A stretch of 57,490 nt of DNA from Betaproteobacteria bacterium. GTDB taxonomy: Bacteria; Pseudomonadota; Gammaproteobacteria; Burkholderiales; SG8-39. The notes under the pieces are model-generated. The model was not told the origin of the DNA. It did not search any database and saw nothing but the letters and a program-made list of their open reading frames with translations. The position numbers and the translations under genes are program-made. The stretch covers positions 1 to 57,490 of the forward strand of contig JAJDNJ010000065.1 in assembly GCA_022340705.1 (NCBI GenBank), read 5' to 3'. This document shows, in pieces, positions 1 to 8,805 of this stretch (position 1 is the first letter of the stretch; every line of letters begins with the position of its first letter).

Positions 1-168
1 GCGATCCGTCGCATCGGCTATGAGCGCTGGTTGCGCAATCTCGCGGTCGGGCTGGGCAACGCGCCGCGCAGCGCCGAGGTGCTCACCGCCTTGCGCGCGC
101 GCGCGGATCACCCTTCGGCGCTGGTGCGCGAGCATGTGCGCTGGGCGCTCGCACGTCACGCCTCCTGA
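1..168 (+). CDS. queG: epoxyqueuosine reductase QueG, 3' end only (start lies upstream of window)
   Basis: Frame 1 reads without stop as AIRRIGYERWLRNLAVGLGNAPRSAEVLTALRARADHPSALVREHVRWALARHAS and ends at TGA 166-168. This matches the conserved HEAT-like C-terminal tail of QueG. It is absent from the ORF track because it has no start codon in the window. Confidence 0.6.
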   Translation, partial: AIRRIGYERWLRNLAVGLGNAPRSAEVLTALRARADHPSALVREHVRWALARHAS

Positions 169-235
169 GTATCATGCGGCATCGACATCGGTGGGCGGCG
201 TGCGGCGGTCACCGCGCCCATGGCCGGGAGAGATC

Positions 236-1441
236 GTGAAGCAGCGGATCCATGACGAAGGCGCGAACCCGATCATGATCTGGACGGACCAGATCGAGCC
301 CTCTGCGCTGCAGCAGCTCAGGAATCTCGCAGCGCTGCCGTTCATCGATCCGCACGGAGTGGCGGCGATGCCGGACGTGCACTACGGCGTCGGCGCCACG
401 GTCGGCAGCGTGATCGCGACGCGCGGCGCGATCATTCCCGCCGCAGTCGGCGTCGACATCGGCTGCGGCATGATGGCGGTGCGCCTTGCCGGTGCACGCG
501 CCGAGCATCTGCCGGAGAGCCTGACGCAGATCCGCTCAGAGATCGAGCACACCGTGCCGACCGGATTCGAGAAGCACGCAGCTGCGCAGCAGAACGAAAA
601 GGCGGCCAGCGTTCTTTACTCCGGCTTTCGCTGGATGGAGGAGAGGCACTCGAAGGCGTTCGCGCGGCGCAAGGACTCTGCGGAGGCGATCCTCTCGTCG
701 CAGTTCGGCTCGCTCGGCGGCGGAAACCATTTCATCGAGCTGTGCGTCGACGAGGCGGGCGAGTTGTGGGTCATGCTGCATTCAGGCAGCCGTGGGATCG
801 GTAACGCGATCGGGCAATACTTCATCGAGCTCGCGCGCGAGGACATGCGTCGGCATCAGGTGAATCTCCCGGACCGCGACCTCGCCTACCTGACCGAAGG
901 CACCGAGCACTTCGAGGACTACGTGCGCGCCGTCGGCTGGGCGCAGGGCTACGCGCGCGAGAACCGCAACGAAATGATGCGGCGCATCCTGATCGTGCTG
1001 CATCGCCACCTGCCGCCGTTCCGCGAGCGCGCAGAAGCGATCAACTGCCACCACAATTACGTCGAGCAGGAAACGCATTTCGGGCGCGAGGTCTGGCTCA
1101 CGCGCAAGGGCGCGATTCGCGCGGGCACGGGCGAGCTCGGCATCATTCCTGGCAGCATGGGGCAGCGCAGCTATATCGTGCGTGGGCTCGGTAACGCGGA
1201 GAGCTATTACTCCTGCTCGCATGGCGCGGGCCGCAGGATGGGCCGAAAGGAGGCGCGCCGCCAGTTCACCGTGGCCGACCTTGCGGCGCAGACCGATGGG
1301 GTCGAGTGCCGCAAGGACGACGCCGTGCTGGACGAGATTCCGGGCGCCTACAAAGATATCGACGAGGTGATGGAGCGGCAGCGCGACCTGGTCGAGGTCG
1401 TCCACACGCTCAAGCAGGTGCTCTGCGTTAAGGGCGCCTGA
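236..1441 (+). CDS. rtcB: RNA 3'-phosphate/2',3'-cyclic phosphate ligase RtcB
   Basis: ORF 20-1441 trimmed to the in-frame GTG at 236, which is preceded by GGGAGAG. The 72 upstream codons overlap queG and are Arg/Ala-rich. RtcB blocks are present along the whole length: MIWTDQIEPSALQQLRNLAALPF, MPDVHYGVGATVGSV, GVDIGCGM, HSGSRGIGN, NCHHNY, SCSHGAGR. Confidence 0.93.
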   Translation: MKQRIHDEGANPIMIWTDQIEPSALQQLRNLAALPFIDPHGVAAMPDVHYGVGATVGSVIATRGAIIPAAVGVDIGCGMMAVRLAGARAEHLPESLTQIRSEIEHTVPTGFEKHAAAQQNEKAASVLYSGFRWMEERHSKAFARRKDSAEAILSSQFGSLGGGNHFIELCVDEAGELWVMLHSGSRGIGNAIGQYFIELAREDMRRHQVNLPDRDLAYLTEGTEHFEDYVRAVGWAQGYARENRNEMMRRILIVLHRHLPPFRERAEAINCHHNYVEQETHFGREVWLTRKGAIRAGTGELGIIPGSMGQRSYIVRGLGNAESYYSCSHGAGRRMGRKEARRQFTVADLAAQTDGVECRKDDAVLDEIPGAYKDIDEVMERQRDLVEVVHTLKQVLCVKGA

Positions 1442-1462
1442 AAACGCCACGCGCGGGGCCGA

Positions 1463-2329
1463 TTAGTCTGCGCGGCACTTGTACGGAAGGTATTCGGCGG
1501 AGACGTCCGTACGGTTCTGCCCCTGGACCGTCATCTGGCCGGGTACCGGCGCGTAGCCGCAGATCCAGGCGACGGGGACGATCGGCGCATCGGCGACGAC
1601 CGCCGGGCGCAGGCTGAGAACCTTGCCCTTGAGCTGCCCGTGTGCTCGGTTGCCGAAGCTGATGTGGATCGCACCCTGCTCGATCGCGACCGCGCTGACC
1701 AGGGTGCTGACGATCTTGTCTTCGGTCGGCAGACCGGCCGCCGCGTTGTTTGCCGGAAACTTCTGCTTCGCTTTCCATTCGGCGGCGATCGGACCCTTGG
1801 CGATGTCGGCCAGGGGCAGCGCCTCGAGCACCTGCTCGCGCACGATCTTGTGCTGGTAGCTCGGAATCGCCATCAGCAGGAGGATGGCCACGACGCCGAG
1901 TACCGCGAGCAGCTCGAGCAGGGTGAAGCCCTGCGCAGCGGCGCTGTGCCGTGCGCGATTGCGTCCCTGCGCCCGCTGCGGAGGAATCCATTTCAGCGTT
2001 GCGAGCGTCGCTGCCGTCCAGGCGAGATAGGCGGCGGTGAACAGCCATTCCGGCGCGCGATAGTAAAGCGCCGCGTAGACCCAGCGGCCGACGAAGGATT
2101 CGGGGCGCAGGCCGCCGCGCAGCAGATCCTCCCAGACGGTGAGCGGGCACGCGATCCCGAGCGCCGCTTCGAGCGCGACGAAGGCGATCGCGCACAGGTG
2201 CAGGTAACGGAACCAAGGGTTGCGCACCCAGCCCCAGCGCAGCAGCGCGCCGATCCAGGTGAGCAGCAGGCCGCCGACGATGAACGCGGCGATCAGGAAA
2301 TGCGCGACCAGAAGCGCGTCGGCGGCCAC
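1463..2329 (-). CDS. fusion protein: DUF2784-like polytopic membrane domain + PilA-like type IV pilin
   Basis: This is one uninterrupted ORF (track 1463-2380). I prefer the GTG at 2329, 12 nt after the sseA stop; the GTG at 2380 would overlap sseA by 40 nt. The N-terminal half resembles DUF2784 (LLVAHFLIAAFIVGG..., GIACPLTVWEDLL). The C-terminal half starts with a class III signal, RNRARHSAAAQG|FTLLELLAVLGVVAILLLMAIPSY, with Glu at +5. It ends with a pilin disulfide loop (WICGY...YKCRAD). Confidence 0.75.
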   Translation of the reverse strand: MAADALLVAHFLIAAFIVGGLLLTWIGALLRWGWVRNPWFRYLHLCAIAFVALEAALGIACPLTVWEDLLRGGLRPESFVGRWVYAALYYRAPEWLFTAAYLAWTAATLATLKWIPPQRAQGRNRARHSAAAQGFTLLELLAVLGVVAILLLMAIPSYQHKIVREQVLEALPLADIAKGPIAAEWKAKQKFPANNAAAGLPTEDKIVSTLVSAVAIEQGAIHISFGNRAHGQLKGKVLSLRPAVVADAPIVPVAWICGYAPVPGQMTVQGQNRTDVSAEYLPYKCRAD

Positions 2330-2340
2330 GCCGCGCGTGC

Positions 2341-3186
2341 CTAGTCCTGTTCGCGCGGCCGCGCCGGATCCGCGATCCACTCGCTCCAGGAACCGGGGTA
2401 CAGGCGCGATCCGCTGAGTCCGGCGACCTCCATCGCGAGCAGGTTGTGGCAGGCCGCGACGCCCGAGCCGCAGCTGTGCACGACGGCGCCCGGTGCGAGG
2501 CCGTCGAGCAGCGCGTCGAACTCGCTGCGCAGCGTCGCGGCGTCCTTGAAGCGCCCGTCGGGCGCGAGGTTGAGGCCGCAGAAACGGTTGCGCGAGCCGG
2601 GAATGCGCCCGGCCACCGGATCGATCGGCTCCTTCTCACCGCGATAACGCTCGGCGCTGCGTGCGTCGATGATCATCATGTCGGCGTGGCCGAGATGCGC
2701 GACGATGCGCGCGGCATCGACCTCGGCATCCGCGCGCGGCTTGCCCGGATAGCGCGTCGGCGCGACGCGCGGCACGCTCGCGGTAACCGGTCGTCCTTCC
2801 TTGCGCCAGGCGGTGAAGCCGCCGTCGAGCACCGCAACGGCTTCGTGCCCGACCCAGCGCAGCATCCACCACAGCCGAGCGGCGGCCGTGCCGCCGGAGG
2901 CGTCGTAGGCGACGACCTGGTCGGTGGGCCGCAGGCCCTGGCGCCCGAGCCAGGCGGCGAACGCCTCGGGAGAGGGCAGCGGATGCCGGCCGTTGGCGCC
3001 GTTGGGCGGCGCGGCGAGATCGCGATCCATGTGCGCGTGCACGGCGCCCGGGATGTGCCCTTCGGCGTACTGCGCTGCGCCGAGCCCGGGCTGGGTCAGC
3101 TCGTGGCGGCAGTCGAACAGGCGCCACGTCGCTTCCTGAAGATGTTCCGCGAGAACCCGCGTCGGCACGAGTGTGGTGTAGGACAT
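2341..3186 (-). CDS. sseA: 3-mercaptopyruvate/thiosulfate sulfurtransferase (tandem rhodanese)
   Basis: 281 aa with two rhodanese domains. It carries YAEGHIPGAVH in domain 1 and the active-site loop HSCGSGVAACHN in domain 2. Confidence 0.9.
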   Translation of the reverse strand: MSYTTLVPTRVLAEHLQEATWRLFDCRHELTQPGLGAAQYAEGHIPGAVHAHMDRDLAAPPNGANGRHPLPSPEAFAAWLGRQGLRPTDQVVAYDASGGTAAARLWWMLRWVGHEAVAVLDGGFTAWRKEGRPVTASVPRVAPTRYPGKPRADAEVDAARIVAHLGHADMMIIDARSAERYRGEKEPIDPVAGRIPGSRNRFCGLNLAPDGRFKDAATLRSEFDALLDGLAPGAVVHSCGSGVAACHNLLAMEVAGLSGSRLYPGSWSEWIADPARPREQD

Positions 3187-3282
3187 GGCCTCTCCTTGCC
3201 GCGCCGCGCTTCCGGGGTGGGGCGCGCAGATGACCGGCCGAGGACGAATGCGGGCATTCTACTGCGCGCGCGCGCGGCGGGT

Positions 3283-3312
3283 TTGACCGTCCCGCGAGCG
3301 TTCGGCTATGGT
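3283..3312 (+). promoter_or_regulatory. candidate sigma70 promoter of xseB-ispA-dxs
   Basis: TTGACC (3283-3288), an 18-nt spacer, then TATGGT (3307-3312). The -10 overlaps ATG 3308. If this promoter is real, translation would start at ATG 3320 on a nearly leaderless mRNA. Confidence 0.3.
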
Positions 3313-3595
3313 CTTGCGCATGACCAAGGCGAGCCGCAGCGGCGCGGCGGCAGGAAAGCCCGTAGAGGGGCTGTCGTTCGAAAAGGCGCTCGCAGAGCTC
3401 GAACGAATCGTCGCGCAGATGGAGAGCGGCGAGCTCAGCCTCGAGCAGGGGCTCGCCGCGCACAAGCGCGGCCTCGAACTGGTGCGCACCTGCCAGGCGC
3501 GGCTCGCGGCGGCCGAGCAGCAGGTGAAGGTGCTCGAAGGCGAGGTGCTCAAGCCGCTTGCCGCGCTCGCGCCCGAAGACAGTGACGACACCTGA
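3308..3595 (+). CDS. xseB: exodeoxyribonuclease VII small subunit
   Basis: LSFEKALAELERIVAQMESGELSLEQGLAAHKRGLELVRTCQARLAAAEQQVKVLE is the XseB helical hairpin. An in-frame ATG at 3320 (MTKAS...) is an alternative start. Neither start has a Shine-Dalgarno sequence. Confidence 0.9.
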   Translation: MVLRMTKASRSGAAAGKPVEGLSFEKALAELERIVAQMESGELSLEQGLAAHKRGLELVRTCQARLAAAEQQVKVLEGEVLKPLAALAPEDSDDT

Positions 3596-3614
3596 GCCGG
3601 GCTTCCAGGCCTGG

Positions 3615-4502
3615 ATGGGCGGAATTCAGGCGCGTATGGAGGCGGTGCTCGCGCGCCTGCTGCCCGCGGCCACGCTCGCACCCGAGCAGCTGCACGCGGC
3701 GATGCGCTATGCGACGCTCGAGGGCGGCAAGCGCGTGCGGCCGCTGCTGGCCTTCGCGAGCGGCGAGCTGACCGGCGCCGATCCGGCGCGCGTCGAGATC
3801 GCCGCCGCGGCGGTCGAGATGATCCATGCCTATTCGCTGGTGCACGACGACATGCCGTGCATGGACGACGACGTCCTGCGGCGTGGCAAGCCCACGGTGC
3901 ATGTCGAGTACGACGAGGCCACCGCGCTGCTGGTGGGCGACGCGCTGCAGGCGCTTGCCTTCGAGCTGCTCGCGGCGCACCGTCTGGCGGACGACCCGGC
4001 CGCGCAGCTCGAGATGCTGCAGCTGCTGGCGAGGGCCTGCGGCTCGCGCGGCATGGCGGGCGGGCAGGCGATCGATCTCGATTCGACCGGCAAGACGCTC
4101 GGTGCCGCCGAGCTGGAATTCATGCACATCCACAAGACCGGCGCGCTGATTCGGGCGGCGGTGCGCATCGGCGCGGCCTGCGGCGCGCCGCTCGGCGCAG
4201 GCGCACGCGAAGCCCTCGATCACTATGCCAAATGCATCGGGCTCGCCTTCCAGGTGGTGGACGACGTGCTCGATGCGGATGCGAGTACCGCAACGCTCGG
4301 CAAGACCGCGGGCAAGGACGCCGAGCAGGGCAAAGCGACCTACGTTTCCGTGCTCGGCGCCGCGCGCGCGCGGGAATTCGCCGAGGAACTGCGGGTCGAA
4401 GCACACAAGGCGCTCGGCGCGCTGTCCACGGCGTCGAGCGTGGGCGCGCAAACCCGCCGCCTTGCGGAGCTCGCCGATTTCATCGTGCTGAGAAAATTCT
4501 GA
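3615..4502 (+). CDS. ispA: (2E,6E)-farnesyl diphosphate synthase
   Basis: ORF 3558-4502 trimmed to ATG 3615, giving 295 aa. The first Asp-rich motif is [20 protein letters not shown] and the second is FQVVDDVLD. It sits in the classical xseB-ispA-dxs order. Confidence 0.93.
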   Translation: MGGIQARMEAVLARLLPAATLAPEQLHAAMRYATLEGGKRVRPLLAFASGELTGADPARVEIAAAAVEMIHAYSLVHDDMPCMDDDVLRRGKPTVHVEYDEATALLVGDALQALAFELLAAHRLADDPAAQLEMLQLLARACGSRGMAGGQAIDLDSTGKTLGAAELEFMHIHKTGALIRAAVRIGAACGAPLGAGAREALDHYAKCIGLAFQVVDDVLDADASTATLGKTAGKDAEQGKATYVSVLGAARAREFAEELRVEAHKALGALSTASSVGAQTRRLAELADFIVLRKF

Positions 4503-4573
4503 TGACCGCCTTCACGCACGCCTCCGGCGAGCGGCCGGACGGGGGGCGCGCCTCGGCGGACTACAATCCGGCC

Positions 4574-6445
4574 ATGTACGAGCTGCTCAACGCGATCAAC
4601 GACCCGGCCGAGCTGCGCACGCTCGATCGCCGAGAGCTCAAGCAGCTGGCCGACGAGTTGCGCGCCTTCGTGCTCGAATCCGTGGCGCAGACCGGCGGTC
4701 ATCTTTCGTCGAACCTCGGCACCGTCGAGCTGACGATTGCGCTGCACACCGTGTTCGATACGCCGGAGGACCGCATCGTCTGGGACGTCGGCCACCAGAC
4801 CTACCCGCACAAGATTCTCACCGGGCGGCGCGAGAGGATGAAAACGCTGCGCCAGCTGGGCGGGATCTCCGGCTTCCCGAGGCGCAGCGAGTCGGTCTAC
4901 GACACCTTCGGCACGGCCCATTCCTCGACCTCGATCTCCGCGGCGCTCGGCATGGCGGTCGCCGCGCGCATGCGCGGAGAGCAGCGCAAATGCATCGCGG
5001 TGATCGGCGACGGCGCGATGTCGGCGGGCATGGCCTTCGAGGCGATGAACAACGCAGGCGCCTCCGAGGCCGACCTGCTCGTCGTTCTGAACGACAACGA
5101 GATGTCGATCTCGCAGCCGGTGGGCGCGCTGACCAACTACCTCGCGCGGCTGCTGTCGGGCCGGATCTACTCGAGCGCACGGCGCGCGAGCGAGCACATT
5201 CTCAAGCGCGTGCCCGGCTTCTGGGAGCTCGCGCGGCGCGCCGAGGAGCACGTCAAAGGCATGGTCACGCCCTCGACGTTGTTCGAGGAATTCGGCTTCA
5301 ACTACATCGGGCCGATCGACGGGCACGACCTCGACGCGCTCATTCCGACCCTCGCCAACATCAAGAAGCTGAGCGGCCCGCAGTTCCTGCACGTGGTCAC
5401 GCGCAAGGGGCAGGGCTACAAGCTCGCCGAAGACGACCCGATTGCCTATCACGGCCCGGGAAAGTTCGACCCGGCCGAAGGCATCAAGAAGAGCGGCGGC
5501 GGGCGTCCGACCTACAGCCAGGTCTTCGGCGACTGGCTGTGCGAGATGGCGGGCGTCGAGCCGCGTCTGGTGGCGATCACCCCTGCGATGCGCGAGGGCT
5601 CGGGCATGGTGCGCTACTCGGAAGAATTCCCGGAGCGCTATTTCGACGTCGGCATCGCCGAGCAGCACGCGGTCACCTTCGCAGCCGGCCTCGCCTGCGA
5701 GGGATTGCGACCGGTGGTGGCGATCTACTCGACGTTTCTGCAGCGCGGCTACGACCAGCTGATACACGACGTCGCGATTCAGAATCTGCCGGTGCTGTTC
5801 GCGCTCGATCGCGGCGGGCTGGTCGGCGGCGACGGGGCGACGCACAACGGCGCCTTCGATTTCGCCTTTCTGCGCACGGTACCGAACATGACGGTGATGG
5901 CGCCAGCGGACGAGGCCGAGTGCCGGCGCATGCTCAGCACCGGGCTGCGCCTGGACGGGCCCTCGGCGGTGCGCTATCCGCGCGGCGCGGGACCGGGCGC
6001 GGCGCCGGGCGCGGTCGAGGAAACGCTCGAGCACGGGCGCGGCGAGCTGCGCCGCGAGGGCCGACGCGTGGCGATCCTCGCCTTCGGTGCGATGCTCGCG
6101 CCGGCACTCGCGGCGGGCGAAGCGCTCGACGCCACGGTGGCCAACATGCGCTTCGTCAAACCGCTCGACGCGGCGCTCGTCGAACGCCTGGCGAACAAGC
6201 ACGAACTGATCGTGACGGTCGAGGAGCATGCGGTGATGGGCGGTGCCGGCAGCGCGGTGTGCGAGGCGCTTGCCGCGCGCGGCTTGGAGCACCGGGTGCT
6301 GCTGCTCGGGCTGCCCGACCGGTTCATCGATCACGGCGACGCGGCCAAGCTGCTCGCGTCGGTGGGGCTCGACGCGCGCGGGATCGAGCGGGCGGTGCGC
6401 GCCGCGCTCGAAGCGCCCGCCGCGGCGCTGCACGAGCAGCCCTGA
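4574..6445 (+). CDS. dxs: 1-deoxy-D-xylulose-5-phosphate synthase
   Basis: The 862-aa track ORF is over-extended across isp[38 protein letters not shown]... aligns with Dxs N-termini. Other blocks are [14 protein letters not shown] and the TPP motif [18 protein letters not shown]. An alternative ATG at 4502 overlaps the ispA stop (TGATG). Confidence 0.95.
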   Translation: MYELLNAINDPAELRTLDRRELKQLADELRAFVLESVAQTGGHLSSNLGTVELTIALHTVFDTPEDRIVWDVGHQTYPHKILTGRRERMKTLRQLGGISGFPRRSESVYDTFGTAHSSTSISAALGMAVAARMRGEQRKCIAVIGDGAMSAGMAFEAMNNAGASEADLLVVLNDNEMSISQPVGALTNYLARLLSGRIYSSARRASEHILKRVPGFWELARRAEEHVKGMVTPSTLFEEFGFNYIGPIDGHDLDALIPTLANIKKLSGPQFLHVVTRKGQGYKLAEDDPIAYHGPGKFDPAEGIKKSGGGRPTYSQVFGDWLCEMAGVEPRLVAITPAMREGSGMVRYSEEFPERYFDVGIAEQHAVTFAAGLACEGLRPVVAIYSTFLQRGYDQLIHDVAIQNLPVLFALDRGGLVGGDGATHNGAFDFAFLRTVPNMTVMAPADEAECRRMLSTGLRLDGPSAVRYPRGAGPGAAPGAVEETLEHGRGELRREGRRVAILAFGAMLAPALAAGEALDATVANMRFVKPLDAALVERLANKHELIVTVEEHAVMGGAGSAVCEALAARGLEHRVLLLGLPDRFIDHGDAAKLLASVGLDARGIERAVRAALEAPAAALHEQP

Positions 6446-6450
6446 GCCGG

Positions 6451-6470
6451 GCAGCGGGCAGGCCCGCTGC
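6451..6470 (+). terminator. GC-rich hairpin just after dxs stop (weak terminator candidate)
   Basis: GCAGCGGG-cagg-CCCGCTGC, an 8-bp stem starting 5 nt after the dxs stop. It is followed by TATACTGGGGTTT, which is only moderately T-rich. Confidence 0.35.
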
Positions 6471-6516
6471 TATACTGGGGTTTCCCGTCAAACCCGCGAT
6501 CTGAGCGGGGACAAGC

Positions 6517-7323
6517 ATGAAATCCCGCGACCTCTACAACATCCCGGACGTCCAGGCCTCGCACGACTCGCGGCGCCTGGCGATCGACAAGGTCGGCGTC
6601 AAGTCGATCCGCCACCCGATGCGCATCCAAGAGCGTTCGGGCGGCGTGCAGCACACGGTGGCGAGCTTCAACATGTACGTGCACCTGCCGCACCAGTTCA
6701 AGGGCACGCACATGTCGCGCTTCGTCGAGATTCTGAGCGCGCACGAGCGCGAGATCACGGTCGAGTCCTTCCAGGTCATGCTGCGCGAAATGGTCGAGCG
6801 GCTCGAGGCCCAGGACGGCCACATCGAGATGAGCTTTCCCTACTTCGTCGACAAGGCCGCGCCGGTGTCGGGCGTGCGCAGCCTGATGGACTACGAGGTG
6901 ACGTTCATCGGCGAACGCCGTCAGAACGAGGAGCGCTTCACGATGCGGGTGCTGGTGCCGGTGACCAGCCTTTGCCCCTGCTCGAAGAAGATCTCGGAGC
7001 GCGGCGCGCACAACCAGCGCTCGCACGTCACGATCACGGCGCGCCTGAACGGCTTCGTCTGGATCGAGGAGATCATCGATCTGGTCGAAAAGCAGGCGTC
7101 GAGCGAGCTCTACGGGCTGCTCAAGCGTCCGGACGAGAAGTTCGTGACCGAGCGCGCTTACGACAACCCGAAGTTCGTCGAGGACATGGTGCGCGACGTT
7201 GCGGCGGTGCTCAACCTGGACGAGCGCATCGAGGCCTACGTCGTCGAGGCGGAGAATTTCGAGTCGATCCACAACCACAGTGCCTACGCGCTGATCGAAA
7301 AGGACGGGACGGCGCAGCGCTGA
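6517..7323 (+). CDS. folE2: GTP cyclohydrolase FolE2 (type IB)
   Basis: 268 aa. Blocks are [34 protein letters not shown], and [24 protein letters not shown] carrying the metal-binding Cys/His. All are typical of FolE2/MptA. Confidence 0.92.
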   Translation: MKSRDLYNIPDVQASHDSRRLAIDKVGVKSIRHPMRIQERSGGVQHTVASFNMYVHLPHQFKGTHMSRFVEILSAHEREITVESFQVMLREMVERLEAQDGHIEMSFPYFVDKAAPVSGVRSLMDYEVTFIGERRQNEERFTMRVLVPVTSLCPCSKKISERGAHNQRSHVTITARLNGFVWIEEIIDLVEKQASSELYGLLKRPDEKFVTERAYDNPKFVEDMVRDVAAVLNLDERIEAYVVEAENFESIHNHSAYALIEKDGTAQR

Positions 7324-7333
7324 AGGCTCCGCG

Positions 7334-8095
7334 ATGGCGCATGGATGGCGCACTCGAATCTCCGCGGGCGCGCGCACGGCGGGCGCCGCGGCCGGCGCAC
7401 TGCTGATGACGACGCTGTACGCGGGATCGGATGACGCGGCCGAGCGCGCGCGCATGGTCGAGGAAATCGACGCGATGTACGCCGAGACGCGCGCGGAGAC
7501 CGGCCTTGCGGCGATGTCGCCCGCGGTGCGCGCGGCGATGGGCAAAGTCGAGCGCCATCGCCTCGTGCCCGCCTCGCAGGCCTCGCTCGCCTACCGCAAT
7601 CATCCGCTGCCAATCGGCAGCGGGCAGACGATTTCGCAGCCCTACATCGTCGCCCTGTCGACCGATCTGCTCGACCCGCAGCCGAAGGACGTGGTGCTCG
7701 ACGTCGGCACCGGCTCGGGCTACCAGGCCGCGGTGCTCGCCGAGATCGTGCACCAGGTCTACTCGATCGAGATCATCGACGCGCTCGCAAACGACGCGCG
7801 GCGCGCGCTCGGCGCGCTTGGCTACCGCAACATCACGGTGCGCACCGGCGATGGCTACCTCGGCTGGCCGGAGCATGCGCCCTTCGACGGCATCGTGGTG
7901 GCGGCGGCCGCGCCACGCATCCCGCAGGCGCTCGTCGATCAGCTGCGCCCCGGCGGCAAGATGGTGATCCCGGTCGGTGCCGATTACGGCGTGCAGTACC
8001 TCGTGCTGGTCACCAAGCGCGCCGACGGCGGCATCGACGAGCGGCGCGTGCTGCCGGTGCGTTTCGTACCCCTGGTCCCGGGGAGCGCTCAGTAA
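7334..8095 (+). CDS. pcm: protein-L-isoaspartate O-methyltransferase
   Basis: GQTISQPYIVALSTDLL, the SAM motif VLDVGTGSGYQAAVLAEIV, and GGKMVIPVG. The N-terminus is hydrophobic and signal-like, so the exact start is uncertain. Confidence 0.9.
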   Translation: MAHGWRTRISAGARTAGAAAGALLMTTLYAGSDDAAERARMVEEIDAMYAETRAETGLAAMSPAVRAAMGKVERHRLVPASQASLAYRNHPLPIGSGQTISQPYIVALSTDLLDPQPKDVVLDVGTGSGYQAAVLAEIVHQVYSIEIIDALANDARRALGALGYRNITVRTGDGYLGWPEHAPFDGIVVAAAAPRIPQALVDQLRPGGKMVIPVGADYGVQYLVLVTKRADGGIDERRVLPVRFVPLVPGSAQ

Positions 8096-8805
8096 CGCCG
8101 GATCAGGGTCATCGTCGCGCCGTCGCGCTGCATCTCGACGCGATTCAGGAAAGTCATGCCGAGCAGCGCGACTTCCAGTCCGCTTTCGACGACGACCGCC
8201 TCGACGTTGTGCAGCTCGATGTTGCCGACCCTCACCGTATCGAGCGGGACCTGCCAGGCGCGCGCCGGTCCGTTGGCGGTGTCGATCAAGCCGGCGCGCC
8301 CCTTGCGGTAGTCGATGCCGAGGCGGTTCGCGTCGGCGCCGGGCAGCGCGACCACGGTCGCGCCGGTGTCGAGGATGAAGCGCACATGCCCGCCGTTCAC
8401 CGTCCCGTCGACGAAGAAATGCCCGCGCGGATCCGCCGCGAGCACGACCTTCTCGCGGTCGCTCGACGACGATGCGCCCGAGCGGTAGTGCTGCCCGAGC
8501 GGCAGACGCCGCTGGGCGCCGTCGATCTCGACCACGGCGTGCTGCTCGTCGACCGAGACGACGCGGATGCCCTTCCAGCTACGGCCGATCTTGACGAGCT
8601 TCGGGTTGCCGCCGTCGATCGCGAGTACCGCGGCCTTCCCGGGCACCACGCCGATCAGGCTGACGTCGGCGCGCGCCGGCGCGAGCGCCGTCAATCCGAT
8701 GAGCAGCGCGGCGCCGATCAGGGCCGAGCGCAGCGGCTGCTGCCAATGTCGCCGAGAACCGCAATTACCCAATTTAAAATGCGCGCGTGGCAAAGGAGGC
8801 ATCAA
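8089..8805 (-). CDS. retropepsin-like (clan AA, TIGR02281-type) aspartic protease, membrane/periplasmic
   Basis: HFFVDGTVNGGHVRFILDTGATVVALP contains the DTGA catalytic motif and is followed by ALLGMTFLNR. An N-terminal hydrophobic segment is present (ALIGAALLIGLTALAPARA). The start is uncertain because 8805 abuts the divergent neighbour; TTG 8772 is an alternative. Confidence 0.8.
   Translation of the reverse strand: MMPPLPRAHFKLGNCGSRRHWQQPLRSALIGAALLIGLTALAPARADVSLIGVVPGKAAVLAIDGGNPKLVKIGRSWKGIRVVSVDEQHAVVEIDGAQRRLPLGQHYRSGASSSSDREKVVLAADPRGHFFVDGTVNGGHVRFILDTGATVVALPGADANRLGIDYRKGRAGLIDTANGPARAWQVPLDTVRVGNIELHNVEAVVVESGLEVALLGMTFLNRVEMQRDGATMTLIRRY

Noticed and set aside
3857-4573. 5' extension of the dxs ORF (862 aa in the track)
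   Set aside because: It overlaps ispA in another frame and is Arg/Ala/Gly junk. Dxs homology begins at [15 protein letters not shown] (4574), or at the earliest at ATG 4502.
6478-6495. Small inverted repeat GGGTTT-N6-AAACCC upstream of folE2, considered as a Zur box because folE2 is zinc-regulated in some bacteria
   Set aside because: It does not resemble the AT-rich Zur palindrome, it is only 6 bp, and it may simply be part of the dxs 3' structure.
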